Source: Candidatus Eiseniibacteriota bacterium
GTDB taxonomy: Bacteria > Eisenbacteria > RBG-16-71-46
Reading direction: 5' to 3'
Length of the DNA: 64,000 nucleotides
Assembly (NCBI GenBank): GCA_963707915.1
Contig: OY970178.1
Coordinates: 320,001 to 384,000 of the forward strand
The notes beneath the pieces were generated by a model. That model made no database searches. It was not told the DNA's origin and worked only from the letters and a program-made list of their open reading frames with translations. The position numbers were made by a program, and so were the translations under genes. Shown here piece after piece: positions 39,059 through 48,669 of the stretch (positions within the stretch are counted from its first letter, which is position 1; the number at the start of each line of letters is the position of its first letter).

Positions 39059-39088
39059 ACAGTAGCACCCGCTTCGAAAGTGGGTCAA
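39059..39088 (-). promoter_or_regulatory. Putative sigma70 promoter of the barrel-lipoprotein operon
   Basis: Minus strand TTGACC-N18-TACTGT with an extended -10 TG. Confidence 0.5.
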
Positions 39089-39263
39089 CGCAACGCGCTG
39101 CCTCAGCTTGCTACCCCGTGACCCGCGCGTTCGGTCGGGAATCTTCGCGGGCGAGGCGCAGGGCGCGGAGCCGCTCCCTGCACGCGGCCGGCCGCGCTTC
39201 GGACCGCTGCGGAGCCGCGCGGCGCTGCCCGCGGCGGGGAGCGGCGGCCCCGGGACTCTCCGC

Positions 39264-39292
39264 TTGCGGCATGCCCGAACGGGTGCTAGCGT
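39264..39292 (+). promoter_or_regulatory. Putative promoter of the mre operon
   Basis: TTGCGG-N17-TAGCGT with an extended -10 TG. Confidence 0.4.
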
Positions 39293-39417
39293 GTAGTGGT
39301 GCATCGTCATGGAAGACAAGGCCCGATGCCGTTGCGGGCCCAGCGGTTCGTCCGACGGCACAACGAAGCCCGGATCCGCCCCCCCCGGCTCGACGAGCCG
39401 ACACTGGAGAGACAGGG

Positions 39418-40455
39418 ATGTTCCTCAGCAATCTGATGGGCTTCTTCTCCACCGACGCGGCCATGGACCTGGGGACCGCGAACACCCTGGTCTTCGTCAA
39501 GGGCCGCGGGATCGTGCTCAACGAACCCTCGGTCGTGGCCGTGGAGAAGGCCACCGGCAAGGTCCTGGCCGTGGGCAGCGCGGCCAAGCTGATGCTCGGG
39601 CGCACCCCGGACGAGATCAACGCGGTGCGGCCCCTCAAGGACGGCGTCATCGCCGACTTCGAGATCACCGAGGACCTGCTGCGGGAGTTCATCCAGCGCG
39701 TCCAGAAGCACAAGTTCCTCTACCGCCCCCGCATCATCATCTGCGTGCCATCGGGCATCACCGAGGTGGAGAAGCGCGCGGTCATCGACTCGGCCGAGCG
39801 CGCCGGCGCGCGCCAGGTGCTGCTGGTGCCCGAACCCATCGCGGCCGCCATCGGCGTGGGGCTCCCGGTCGACACGCCCACCGGCAACATGGTGGTGGAC
39901 ATCGGCGGCGGCACGACCGAGATCGCCGTCATCGCGCTGAACGGCATCGTCACCAAGTCCTCGATCCGCGTGGGCGGCGACGAGATGGACGACGCCATCG
40001 TGAACTACGCGAAGAAGGCGTACAACATGCTCATCGGCGAGCAGACCGCGGAGCGCATCAAGATCGAGATCGGCTCGGCGTTCCCGCTCACCGAGGAGAT
40101 GGACATGGAGATCAAGGGCCGCGACCTGGTGCGCGGCATCCCCCGCACCCTGCGGGTCTCCAGCGTCGAGATCCGCGAGGCCCTCGAGGAACCGGTCACC
40201 GCCATCGTCAACGCCCTGCGGGAATCCCTGGAGCGCACGCCCCCCGAACTGGCCGCCGACATCGTGGACCGCGGCATCTACCTCAGCGGGGGAGGCGCAC
40301 TGCTGCGCGGCCTCGACCTGCTCATGCGCGAGGTCACGAACCTCAACGTCCGGGTGGCCCAGGATCCCCTCACCTGCGTGGTGCTCGGGGCGGGGAAGAT
40401 CCTCGAACAGCTCGAGGACTACGAGAAGGTGATCCTGCGCGGACACAAGGACTGA
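39418..40455 (+). CDS. mreB: Rod shape-determining protein MreB
   Basis: DLGTANT, RPLKDGVIADF, VDIGGGTTE, GGGALL. Confidence 0.98.
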   Translation: MFLSNLMGFFSTDAAMDLGTANTLVFVKGRGIVLNEPSVVAVEKATGKVLAVGSAAKLMLGRTPDEINAVRPLKDGVIADFEITEDLLREFIQRVQKHKFLYRPRIIICVPSGITEVEKRAVIDSAERAGARQVLLVPEPIAAAIGVGLPVDTPTGNMVVDIGGGTTEIAVIALNGIVTKSSIRVGGDEMDDAIVNYAKKAYNMLIGEQTAERIKIEIGSAFPLTEEMDMEIKGRDLVRGIPRTLRVSSVEIREALEEPVTAIVNALRESLERTPPELAADIVDRGIYLSGGGALLRGLDLLMREVTNLNVRVAQDPLTCVVLGAGKILEQLEDYEKVILRGHKD

Positions 40456-40579
40456 CGGGTCCCCGGAAGATGCGCGGGACCGTGCCGGGCCGGCCGCGGC
40501 GAGTGGGGCGTGGACGCGACCGCCGGGCGGCGTGGGCCGGCCGGTCCGGCGCCGCCGCCGGACCCCTTCCGGTCGCCTG

Positions 40580-41404
40580 ATGGGCGGCTTCCTCCCCCCT
40601 GCCGAGCGCCACAGCGGGGCCCTGCTCGGGCTCTACGCGACGCTGGCGCTGCTGCTGCTGGTCACCGGGGAACGCATCCCGCAAGCCGGGCTGCGCGGCG
40701 CCGGCGCCTGGCTGTTCGCGCCGTTCGACCGGTTGGTCCTGGCCGTCGACCGGGCGGGCTCCGCATGGCGCGAGAACGAGCGCCTGCACGAGCGCATCAC
40801 CCGCCTCGAGATCGAGACCGCCCGGCTGCGCCAGGCGGGGGTGGAGAACGTGCGCTTGCGCGACAGCCTGGACCTGCCCGCCTACCGGGCGCTGATGCTG
40901 CGCCCGGCCGAGGTCCTCTCGCTGGCGGGCGAGCCGGTCCCGACGTCGGCCACGCTGAGCGCGGGCGCCCGGCAGGGCGTGAAGGTGGGGGACGCGGTGG
41001 TGACCAGTGACGGGCTCGTGGGCCGGATCGGCGAGGTCTACGCCGGGCTCTCCCGCGTCATCCTGCTCGCCGACCCGAACTCCGCCGTGGCCTGCGAGGT
41101 GGAGAGCACCGGGGTCCAGGGCGTGCTGCGCTCCTTCACCTCTCCGCGGCCCCAGTTGCTGCTGACCGGCGTGCCGATGGCGGACACCGTGCGCGTCGGG
41201 CAACTCGTCCTGACCTCCGCGCTCTCGCTGCGCTATCCGCGCGGGCTGCCGGTGGGCCGCGTCCAGCGGCTCGCCCGCGACCTGGACGGGCTGACGCTCG
41301 AGATCGAGATCGCGCCGGCGGTGCGCCAGTCGAGGCTGCGCCACGCCTACGTGGTGCCCGGGCCGGCGCTCCCTGCCGTGCCGGGCGCGGAGGCCGGGCG
41401 ATGA
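40580..41404 (+). CDS. mreC: Rod shape-determining protein MreC
   Basis: TM plus coiled coil (ENERL), GLVGRI, YPRGLPVGRV. Follows mreB. Confidence 0.92.
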   Translation: MGGFLPPAERHSGALLGLYATLALLLLVTGERIPQAGLRGAGAWLFAPFDRLVLAVDRAGSAWRENERLHERITRLEIETARLRQAGVENVRLRDSLDLPAYRALMLRPAEVLSLAGEPVPTSATLSAGARQGVKVGDAVVTSDGLVGRIGEVYAGLSRVILLADPNSAVACEVESTGVQGVLRSFTSPRPQLLLTGVPMADTVRVGQLVLTSALSLRYPRGLPVGRVQRLARDLDGLTLEIEIAPAVRQSRLRHAYVVPGPALPAVPGAEAGR

Positions 41405-41913
41405 GGGCCCTGGTCGGGCTGCTGCTGCTTGCGGGAGCGGCGCTGCTGCTCCGCTCGACCGCGCTCTCCGAGCTCGCCGCCCGAGGGGTCATCGTGGACG
41501 TGCTGGCCTTCGTCACCGTGGTATGGGCCCTGCGCTGGGGCGAGAGCCAGGGCTCGACCTTCGGCTTCCTGCTGGGACTGGCCGCCGACCTCGACGCGGC
41601 CCACTGGCTGGGACGGCACGCGCTGGCGCTGGCGCTGGTGGGTTACGCGATCGGCCGGCTGTCACGCGCGCTGGTGCGCGACAGCCCGGCGACGCAGTTC
41701 ATGCTGCTCTTCTCCGCGACGGTGGTCCACCAGTCCTGGGCGCTCGTGTTCGAGCTGGGCGGGGTCGCGGGCTGGCAGTTCCTGCTCGGGCACGTGGCGG
41801 TCTCCGGTCTCGTCACCGCGCTGCTCGGCGTGCTCGTGCTTGCTCTCGCCGGCCCCGGGAGCGGAAGGTCGCTGTTCAAGCGTGCTGCCACCGAAGCCAT
41901 TCCGCGAACGTAG
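41401..41913 (+). CDS. mreD: Rod shape-determining protein MreD
   Basis: Hydrophobic, GFLLGLAAD, located between mreC and mrdA. Confidence 0.88.
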   Translation: MRALVGLLLLAGAALLLRSTALSELAARGVIVDVLAFVTVVWALRWGESQGSTFGFLLGLAADLDAAHWLGRHALALALVGYAIGRLSRALVRDSPATQFMLLFSATVVHQSWALVFELGGVAGWQFLLGHVAVSGLVTALLGVLVLALAGPGSGRSLFKRAATEAIPRT

Positions 41914-43756
41914 GCACCAGCGATACCGCGCGCTGGTCGCCCTGACACTGGCGGGCTTCGGCCTGGCGGTGCTGGGGTTGGTGTTCCTCCAGGTCGTGGA
42001 CGGCGCGAAGTACGCCGGCCTGGCGAAGGAGAACCGCGTGCGGCCCGAAGTGCTGCGGGCGCCCCGCGGCACGATCTACGACCGGCACGGCGAGCTGCTG
42101 GCCGACAGCGCCCCGAGCTTCGGCATCGTCTTCCGGCCGTTCCCGGCCGAGAGCACCGAACGCGCGCGCGAGACGACCAACCCGGAGTGGCTGCTGAGCG
42201 TGGGTGCCCTGGTCGAGCTCGACTCGGCCGAGGTCCGGCGCCGCGTGGACTTCGCCAACCTCTCGGGCCAGAGCGCGGTCCTGCGGCACGACGCCCCGTT
42301 CGCGATGCTCGCCCGGGTCGAGGAGTCGCGCAGCGAATTGCCGGGCATCGAGGTCCAGGTGGAGCCGATCCGGCGCTACCCCAACGGGACGCTCGCCGCA
42401 CACCTGCTGGGCTACGCGGGAGAGATCAACGGCGCCGAGCTAGACTCGCTCAGGAAGGCCGGCTACCAGCCGGGCGACCTCATCGGCCGCACCGGGGTCG
42501 AGAGCCGCTACGAGGACGTCCTGCGCGGTCGCGACGGCGTCGAGTACGTCGTGGTGAACGCGCGCGGGCGCCGGGTGTCCACGCTCAAGGAGTCGGGCGC
42601 GCTGGCGCCGATGCCCGGGCAGGACCTGGTTCTCACGCTCGACCTCAAGGTGCAGCGCGCCCTCGAGGAGGCGATGGCCGATGTCCCCCGCGGCGCGGCG
42701 GTGGTGCTCGATCCGCGCGACGGCGGCGTCCTCGCGATGGTGAGCCGGCCGGTCTACGACCCGAACGAGTTCTCGCACGGCCTGACCCGCGCCCGCTGGA
42801 AGGAACTGAGCGGGGGCGGGGCCAACCCGCTGCTGGACCGGGCCATCCAGGGCGTGTATCCGCCCGGGTCCACGTTCAAGATCGTCACGATGAGCGCCGC
42901 GCTCGCCCGCGGCGTCGCCCGCGCGGACACGCGCCTGGCGCCCTGCGCCGGCGGCATGGTCTACGGCGGCCGCCGCTTCAATTGCTGGGACCACAAGGGC
43001 CACGGCTCCCTCGACCTGATCGGGGCGCTCCAGCATTCCTGCGATGTCTACTTCTACCAGCTGGGGCTCAAGCTGGGGCTCGCGGGGCTCGAGGAGACCG
43101 CGAAGGCCCTGGGGCTGGGGGCGCGGACCGGCATCGACCTGCCCCAGGAGGCGCGCGGCCTCATCCCGAGCGCGGCCTACTACGACAAGCGCTGGGGCGC
43201 CCGCGGCTGGCGATCGGGCCTGCTGCTGAACCTCGCGATCGGCCAGGGCGAGCTGCTGCTGACGCCGCTGCAGCTCGCCCTGGTGGCCGCGGAGGCGGCG
43301 AGCGACGGCCGGCCGCTGCGCCCGCACGTGGTCGAGCGCGTGGGTGCCGCGCGGACGTTCCGGCTGGCCCGGCCGCTGCAGCCGGGGCTCCCGGCGGGCC
43401 CCGCGGTATGGCGGCCGGTGCAGGAGGCCATGGAGCTCGTGGTCGCCGCGGGCACGGGCGGGGCGGCGCGGGTGCCGGGCGTGCGCGTGGCCGGCAAGAC
43501 CGGCACGGCGCAGAACCCGCACGGCCAGGACCACGCGCTGTTCGTCTGCTACGCTCCAGTGGACTCGCCGCGCGTGGCGATCGCCATCGTCATCGAGAAC
43601 GCCGGGCACGGCGGCAGCGTCTGCGCGCCCCGTGCGGGGGCGATGTTGCGGCGGCTGTTCCTGCCGGACTCGTTGCAGCGCCCGGCGGCGCGCGCGGCGC
43701 CGCGCGACTCGGTCCGGGCGGCCGCACGCGACACGGGGGTCGTGGATGGGGACTAG
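41882..43756 (+). CDS. mrdA: Penicillin-binding protein 2
   Basis: RGTIYDR, PPGSTFK (SxxK), SCD, KTGTAQ. Confidence 0.95.
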   Translation: MLPPKPFRERRHQRYRALVALTLAGFGLAVLGLVFLQVVDGAKYAGLAKENRVRPEVLRAPRGTIYDRHGELLADSAPSFGIVFRPFPAESTERARETTNPEWLLSVGALVELDSAEVRRRVDFANLSGQSAVLRHDAPFAMLARVEESRSELPGIEVQVEPIRRYPNGTLAAHLLGYAGEINGAELDSLRKAGYQPGDLIGRTGVESRYEDVLRGRDGVEYVVVNARGRRVSTLKESGALAPMPGQDLVLTLDLKVQRALEEAMADVPRGAAVVLDPRDGGVLAMVSRPVYDPNEFSHGLTRARWKELSGGGANPLLDRAIQGVYPPGSTFKIVTMSAALARGVARADTRLAPCAGGMVYGGRRFNCWDHKGHGSLDLIGALQHSCDVYFYQLGLKLGLAGLEETAKALGLGARTGIDLPQEARGLIPSAAYYDKRWGARGWRSGLLLNLAIGQGELLLTPLQLALVAAEAASDGRPLRPHVVERVGAARTFRLARPLQPGLPAGPAVWRPVQEAMELVVAAGTGGAARVPGVRVAGKTGTAQNPHGQDHALFVCYAPVDSPRVAIAIVIENAGHGGSVCAPRAGAMLRRLFLPDSLQRPAARAAPRDSVRAAARDTGVVDGD

Positions 43757-44972
43757 GCTGAGGCTGAGGCTGCCGCCGGTCGACATGCCGCTGCTGCTGG
43801 CCGCCCTGGCGCTGGTCAGCGTGGGGCTGCTCACGGTCTACAGCGCCACCTCCATCCCGGGTGCCCACCAGGGACTGTGGATGCGCCAGTTGGCCTGGGC
43901 AGGCGTGGCCTTCGTCGTGGCCTGGGTCGTGGCGGGCATCCACTACCGGGCCTACGACGCGCTGGCCTGGCCGCTCTACCTGGTCGCCATCGCGCTGCTC
44001 GTGCTCGTGCTGGCGAAGGGCTCGAGCGCCATGGGGGCGAAACGCTGGCTCGACCTGGGGCCCCTGCACTTCCAGCCGTCGGAGCTGGCCAAGGTGGCGA
44101 CCGTGGTCCTCCTGGCCCGCCGCTTCGACCACGAGAAGCTCGACCTGCGCCGCCTCAGGCACTGGCTCCCCGCGCTGTTGATCGTCCTGGTCCCGTTCGC
44201 GCTCGTGGCCAAGGAGCCCGACCTGGGGACCTCGCTCACCTTCCCGGTAATCCTGATCGTCATGTACTTCTGGGCCGGCATGCCGGTGGGCCAGTTGCTG
44301 CTCGGGCTCTCGCCGCTGCTCAACGCCGCGCTCTTCTTCCTCACCGGCGGGCTGTGGTGGTCGGGCGGACTGGTGGTCGTGCTGCTGGGGGCGGTGCGCC
44401 CGAAGCTGTCGACGCTGGCCATCGTCCTGTTGCTCAACGTCGGGGTGGGGTACGCGCTGCCGCACGTCTGGGACCACATGCACGACTACCAGAAACGGCG
44501 CATCGCGACCTTCATGAATCCCGGCGAGGACCCCTACCGCGCCGGCTACCAGATCATCCAGTCGCGCATCGCCATCGGCTCGGGCGGGCTCAAGGGCGCG
44601 GGGTACCTCCGGGGCACGCAGAAGGCCCTGGCGTTCCTGCCCATGCGCCACACCGATTTCATCTTCTCGGTGGTGGGCGAGGAATGGGGATTGCTGGGGA
44701 CCCTCACGGTGGTGCTACTGTATGCGCTGCTCGTCCTGCGCGGCTTCAGGCTCGCGCTGGTGGCCCGCAGCGGCTTCGCGAGCCTGGTCGCCGTGGGGGT
44801 GATGAGCGCCCTCTTCTATCACATCATGGTGAACATCCTGATGACCATCGGCTGGGCGCCCGTGACCGGGCTGCCGCTGCCGTTCATCTCCTACGGAGGC
44901 ACCGCGCTGGTGGCGAACGGAATCCAGATCGGACTGCTCCAGAACGTGGCCATCCGCCGCTCGGAGCTGTGA
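43746..44972 (+). CDS. rodA: RodA SEDS peptidoglycan polymerase
   Basis: QPSELAK, EPDLGT, HTDFIFS, PFISYGG. Confidence 0.95.
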   Translation: MGTRLRLRLPPVDMPLLLAALALVSVGLLTVYSATSIPGAHQGLWMRQLAWAGVAFVVAWVVAGIHYRAYDALAWPLYLVAIALLVLVLAKGSSAMGAKRWLDLGPLHFQPSELAKVATVVLLARRFDHEKLDLRRLRHWLPALLIVLVPFALVAKEPDLGTSLTFPVILIVMYFWAGMPVGQLLLGLSPLLNAALFFLTGGLWWSGGLVVVLLGAVRPKLSTLAIVLLLNVGVGYALPHVWDHMHDYQKRRIATFMNPGEDPYRAGYQIIQSRIAIGSGGLKGAGYLRGTQKALAFLPMRHTDFIFSVVGEEWGLLGTLTVVLLYALLVLRGFRLALVARSGFASLVAVGVMSALFYHIMVNILMTIGWAPVTGLPLPFISYGGTALVANGIQIGLLQNVAIRRSEL

Positions 44973-44973
44973 C

Positions 44974-45783
44974 GTGCACCCCGAGATCCTGCGCTGGGGG
45001 GTGCTGCGCATCACGTCGTACGGCCTGATGCTGGCGGTCGCGTTCCTGGTCGGCACCTGGCTGGCGCTGCGGGAGTCGCGTCGGTTGGGGCTGGACGAGG
45101 ACCACGTGGTGACCGTGATCCTGGTCGCCCTGGTGGCGGGCGTGGTGGGCGCGCGGGCGCTCTACGTGGCCGAGCACCTGCGCGACTTCCGCGGCAGCTA
45201 CCTGAGCGTGCTGGCGCTGTGGCAGGGCGGGCTCACGCTCTACGGCGGTGTCGTGGCGGGGACCGTGGCGGGGCTCTTCGTGGCGCGCCGCATGGGACTG
45301 CCGATGTGGGTGACCGCCGACGCGCTGGCGCCGTCGCTGGCGCTCGGCACGGTGTTCGGGCGCGTGGGCTGCTTCCTGAACGGCTGCTGCTACGGGCACC
45401 CGACGCGGCTGCCGTGGGGCGTGGTCTTCCCGCCCGACTCCTTCGCGGGGCTCGAGTTCGGCCCCGTGCCGGTGCACCCGGCCCAGCTCTACTTCGCCGC
45501 GGCGGGCCTGCTCCTGTTCGGGGTGATCTGGTGGATGCGTCGCCGGGTGCGCGTGCCGGGCGTGCTGCTGTGGAGCCTGATCGCGCTCATGGCGCTGGTG
45601 CGCATCCCGCTCGACCTCACCCGCGTCTACGAGGCCGAGGCCACGATCGCCGAGTTCGGCGTGGTGCGGATCAGCGAGAGCCAGGTCACGAGCGTGGCGA
45701 TGCTGCTCTTCGCCCTGTTGATGATCGCCCGGCTGAAGCGCGAGTCGCGCCCAACCGCCGCTCCCCTCGCGCCGCCGCCGTGA
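44974..45783 (+). CDS. lgt: Prolipoprotein diacylglyceryl transferase
   Basis: SYGLM, GARALYV, GGLTLYGG, GRVGCFLNGCCYG, HPAQLY. Confidence 0.93.
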   Translation: MHPEILRWGVLRITSYGLMLAVAFLVGTWLALRESRRLGLDEDHVVTVILVALVAGVVGARALYVAEHLRDFRGSYLSVLALWQGGLTLYGGVVAGTVAGLFVARRMGLPMWVTADALAPSLALGTVFGRVGCFLNGCCYGHPTRLPWGVVFPPDSFAGLEFGPVPVHPAQLYFAAAGLLLFGVIWWMRRRVRVPGVLLWSLIALMALVRIPLDLTRVYEAEATIAEFGVVRISESQVTSVAMLLFALLMIARLKRESRPTAAPLAPPP

Positions 45784-46595
45784 GCGCGCCCGTGAAGCTG
45801 GCGGTGCTCGGCGATCCGCTGGCCTTCACGCTCTCGCCGTCGCTCCACCGCGCGGGACTCGAGGCGCTCGGCGTGCCGGGCGGATCGGAGGCGCTGCGCG
45901 TGCCCCGGTCGCGCCTGGGCGCGACCCTGGCGCGGCTCGCGGCCGAGGGCTACCGTGGCGTCAACCTCACGCATCCGCTCAAGCGCGCCGCGCTCGAGCA
46001 CCTGGCCGAGACCTCGGAGGCGGCCCGGCGCGCCGGCTCGGTGAACACCGTGACCTTCGGGCCGGGCGTGGCGCGGGGCGACACCACCGACGGAGCCGGG
46101 TTCATGGCGCTGCTGGAGGACCTCGGCTTCGGGGTCCGGCAGGCGGAGGTGGCGGTGTTCGGCGCCGGGGGCGCCGCGCGCAGCCTGGGCCTGGCGCTGA
46201 TGGAGGGCGGGGCCGCCCGCGTGACCGCGTGGGCGCGCCGGCCGGGCGAGGAATCCGCGGCGTGGGAGGGGATCGCGGGGGCGCAGGTGGTGGGCTGGGA
46301 CTCCGAGGCGGGGCGCGCCGCCCTGGCGGGCGCGTCGCTGGTGGTGAACGCCACGCCGCTGACCGGCGCCGACGAGCCGTGCGCGATCGACCGCATCCCG
46401 CGGGGGGCGCGCGTGGTGGACCTGGTCTACGGTCCCGAGCTGACCCCGTGGGTGCGCGCGGCGCGCGGGGCCGGGATCGACGCGGTCGACGGTCTCGGGC
46501 TGCTGGTCTTCCAGGCGCAGCGCTCGCTGGCGCTGTGGCTGGGCCGCGAGGTGCCGCTCGCGCCGCTCGCCGCGGCGGTGGGGTGGCCGCGGTGA
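45780..46595 (+). CDS. aroE: Shikimate dehydrogenase
   Basis: GVNLTHPLK, SVNT, TTDG, GAGGAAR, NATP, DLVY. Confidence 0.9.
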   Translation: MSAPVKLAVLGDPLAFTLSPSLHRAGLEALGVPGGSEALRVPRSRLGATLARLAAEGYRGVNLTHPLKRAALEHLAETSEAARRAGSVNTVTFGPGVARGDTTDGAGFMALLEDLGFGVRQAEVAVFGAGGAARSLGLALMEGGAARVTAWARRPGEESAAWEGIAGAQVVGWDSEAGRAALAGASLVVNATPLTGADEPCAIDRIPRGARVVDLVYGPELTPWVRAARGAGIDAVDGLGLLVFQAQRSLALWLGREVPLAPLAAAVGWPR

Positions 46596-47296
46596 GGCCG
46601 CCGGCGGTGCCGGCGCTGGCCGTGGCCGCGGCGCGCGATCTCGAGGCCTTCGCCCTGCCGCAGGCCTGCCCGGGCTGCGGCGCGCCCGCGGAGCCGGAGC
46701 GGCTGCTGTGCGGGGCCTGCTGCGAACGCGTCCCGGCGCTCTCCTTCGCGCTGTGCGCGCACTGCCTGGTGCGCGGGCGCGAGCCGGTCGGCTGCGGCCG
46801 GCACCCGCAGGCGCAGGTCTGGCCCGCGCTGGTCTACGACGAGCGCGCGGCGCTGCTGGTGCACGCGCTCAAGTACGGCGGCCGACCGGGGCTGGCGGAC
46901 GCCCTCGCCGGGCGGCTGGCGCGCGCCCTGCCCGCGGCGCTCGCGGCGGACCTGGTGACCGCGGTGCCGTTGCACCCGGCGCGGCGGCGCGAACGCGGCT
47001 ACAATCAGGCCTGGCGGCTGGCCACGGGACTGGCGGGCCGGCTGGGCGTGCCGGCGATCGAGGACGTGATCGAGCGCGTGCGCCACACCCCGTCGCAGGC
47101 GCGGCTCGACCCGGAGAGCCGTCGCCGCAACGTGGCGGGCGCGTTCCGGGTGCGGGAGCCGCAGCGCTACCGGGGACGGAGGGTGATCGTGGTGGACGAC
47201 GTGCTCACCACCGGCGCCACGCTCGAGGCCTGCCTCGGGACGCTGGCGGGAGCCGGGGCACGGCCGGTCGGCGCCGTGCTGGCGTGGGCCCAGTAG
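46592..47296 (+). CDS. comF: ComF family double-zinc-ribbon phosphoribosyltransferase
   Basis: CPGC/CGAC/CAHC, RGYNQ, VDDVLTTGAT. Confidence 0.9.
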   Translation: MRPPAVPALAVAAARDLEAFALPQACPGCGAPAEPERLLCGACCERVPALSFALCAHCLVRGREPVGCGRHPQAQVWPALVYDERAALLVHALKYGGRPGLADALAGRLARALPAALAADLVTAVPLHPARRRERGYNQAWRLATGLAGRLGVPAIEDVIERVRHTPSQARLDPESRRRNVAGAFRVREPQRYRGRRVIVVDDVLTTGATLEACLGTLAGAGARPVGAVLAWAQ

Positions 47297-47953
47297 ATGT
47301 CCCACCTGCACATCCCCGACGGCGTGCTGCCGGTGCTGCTGTGGGCCCCGGGGCTGGGCCTGGCGCTGCTGCTGCTCGCGCTCGGCGCGCGCTCGCTGCG
47401 CGGGGCGTCACCCCAGCGGCTGGCCTACCAGAGCGCGCTGGGGGCGCTGGTGCTGGCCGCGATGGTGGTGGAATTGCCGCTCGGCCCGCTCGACTACCAC
47501 CTCACGCTGGTGGGCCCGGTGGGCGTGCTGCTCGGCGCGGCCGCGGTCTTCCAGGTCGTGTTCGTGGCCAGCGCGATCCTGGCGCTGGTGGGCCACGGGG
47601 GACTCACGGTGGTGGGGCTCAACGCGCTGGTGCTGGGCGCGGGCGGGGCCCTGGCGCGCCCGGTCTACCTGGCCTGCGTCCGGCGCTGGGGGCCGCCGGC
47701 CGCGCTGGTCGCGGCGACGGCGGTCACCCAGGCGGTCTCGGGCGCGCTCTGGTTGACGGTGATGGCGCTGGCCATGCACGTGCAGGCGGTCGGGCCGCAG
47801 CGCGTGCGACTGGTCGCAGGCGTGGCGTTCCCGCTGTACCTGGCGGGCATCGTGATCGAGTCGGCGGTGGCCTTCGGGGTGGCGCGCTTCATCGCCCGCG
47901 TGCGACCGGACCTGCTCCCCGGCGCCGATCCTCCGGCGGGGAGGCCGCGGTGA
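47297..47953 (+). CDS. cbiM: ECF transporter S component, CbiM/NikM family
   Basis: N-terminal HIPDG, YHL, GHGGLTVVGLN. Confidence 0.85.
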   Translation: MSHLHIPDGVLPVLLWAPGLGLALLLLALGARSLRGASPQRLAYQSALGALVLAAMVVELPLGPLDYHLTLVGPVGVLLGAAAVFQVVFVASAILALVGHGGLTVVGLNALVLGAGGALARPVYLACVRRWGPPAALVAATAVTQAVSGALWLTVMALAMHVQAVGPQRVRLVAGVAFPLYLAGIVIESAVAFGVARFIARVRPDLLPGADPPAGRPR

Positions 47954-48669
47954 TCAACACGCTGGCGCAGATCGACCACCTGGCGAGCGCCGGGCGCACG
48001 CCCTGGCACCGGGCCAGCGCGCTGTCGAAGCTGTTGCTCGCCGCCGGGCTGGTGTTGCTGGCGGTCTTCGCGCCCGCGCTCCGGCTGCTTGCCGGCCTCT
48101 ACGCGGCGGCCTGGGCGCTGGCGCTCACCGCCCGGCTGCCGTGGCGCCTCACGCTGGTCGCCTCCGGCTACCCGGTGGCCTTCACGCTGCTCTTCGTGCT
48201 GGCCCGCTGGGACGGCACGGCCGAGACCCCGCTGCGGCTGCTGCTGCGCCCGCTCACGGCGAGCCTGGTCGCGGTGTGGCTGGTGGGCACCACGCCCTAC
48301 CCGGACCTCTTCGCCCCGCTCTCGCGCCTGCTGCCGCGCAGCGTGGCCGACAGCCTCTTCCTGACCTATCGTGCGCTGTTCGAGTTGATGCGCCGCACCA
48401 GCGGCCTGGGGCGGGCGTTGCGCCTGCGCGGCGGCGCGAGCGGCCCGGTGCGGCGGCGGCTCACGCTGGCCGGCGAGGGTTTCGCCACCATGGTGCTGTA
48501 CGGGTTCGAGCGCAGCGAGCGGCTCTATGCCACCATGCGTCTGCGCGGGCACAGCGGGCGCATCTGCGGCTGCAACCATTTCGCGGAAGGCTCGCGGGCG
48601 GACCTGCTGGTCGCGGCGACGGGGTTGGCCGTGGCCGCCGGCGCCGCGCTGCTGTGGAGGTCGCCGTGA
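47950..48669 (+). CDS. cbiQ: ECF transporter T component, CbiQ family
   Basis: TM helices, TYR, RSERLYATMRLRG. Confidence 0.85.
   Translation: MINTLAQIDHLASAGRTPWHRASALSKLLLAAGLVLLAVFAPALRLLAGLYAAAWALALTARLPWRLTLVASGYPVAFTLLFVLARWDGTAETPLRLLLRPLTASLVAVWLVGTTPYPDLFAPLSRLLPRSVADSLFLTYRALFELMRRTSGLGRALRLRGGASGPVRRRLTLAGEGFATMVLYGFERSERLYATMRLRGHSGRICGCNHFAEGSRADLLVAATGLAVAAGAALLWRSP

Noticed and set aside
43755..43772. (AGGCTG)x3 tandem repeat at the start of rodA
   Set aside because: Short and in frame (RLRLRL), so it cannot cause frameshift phase variation.
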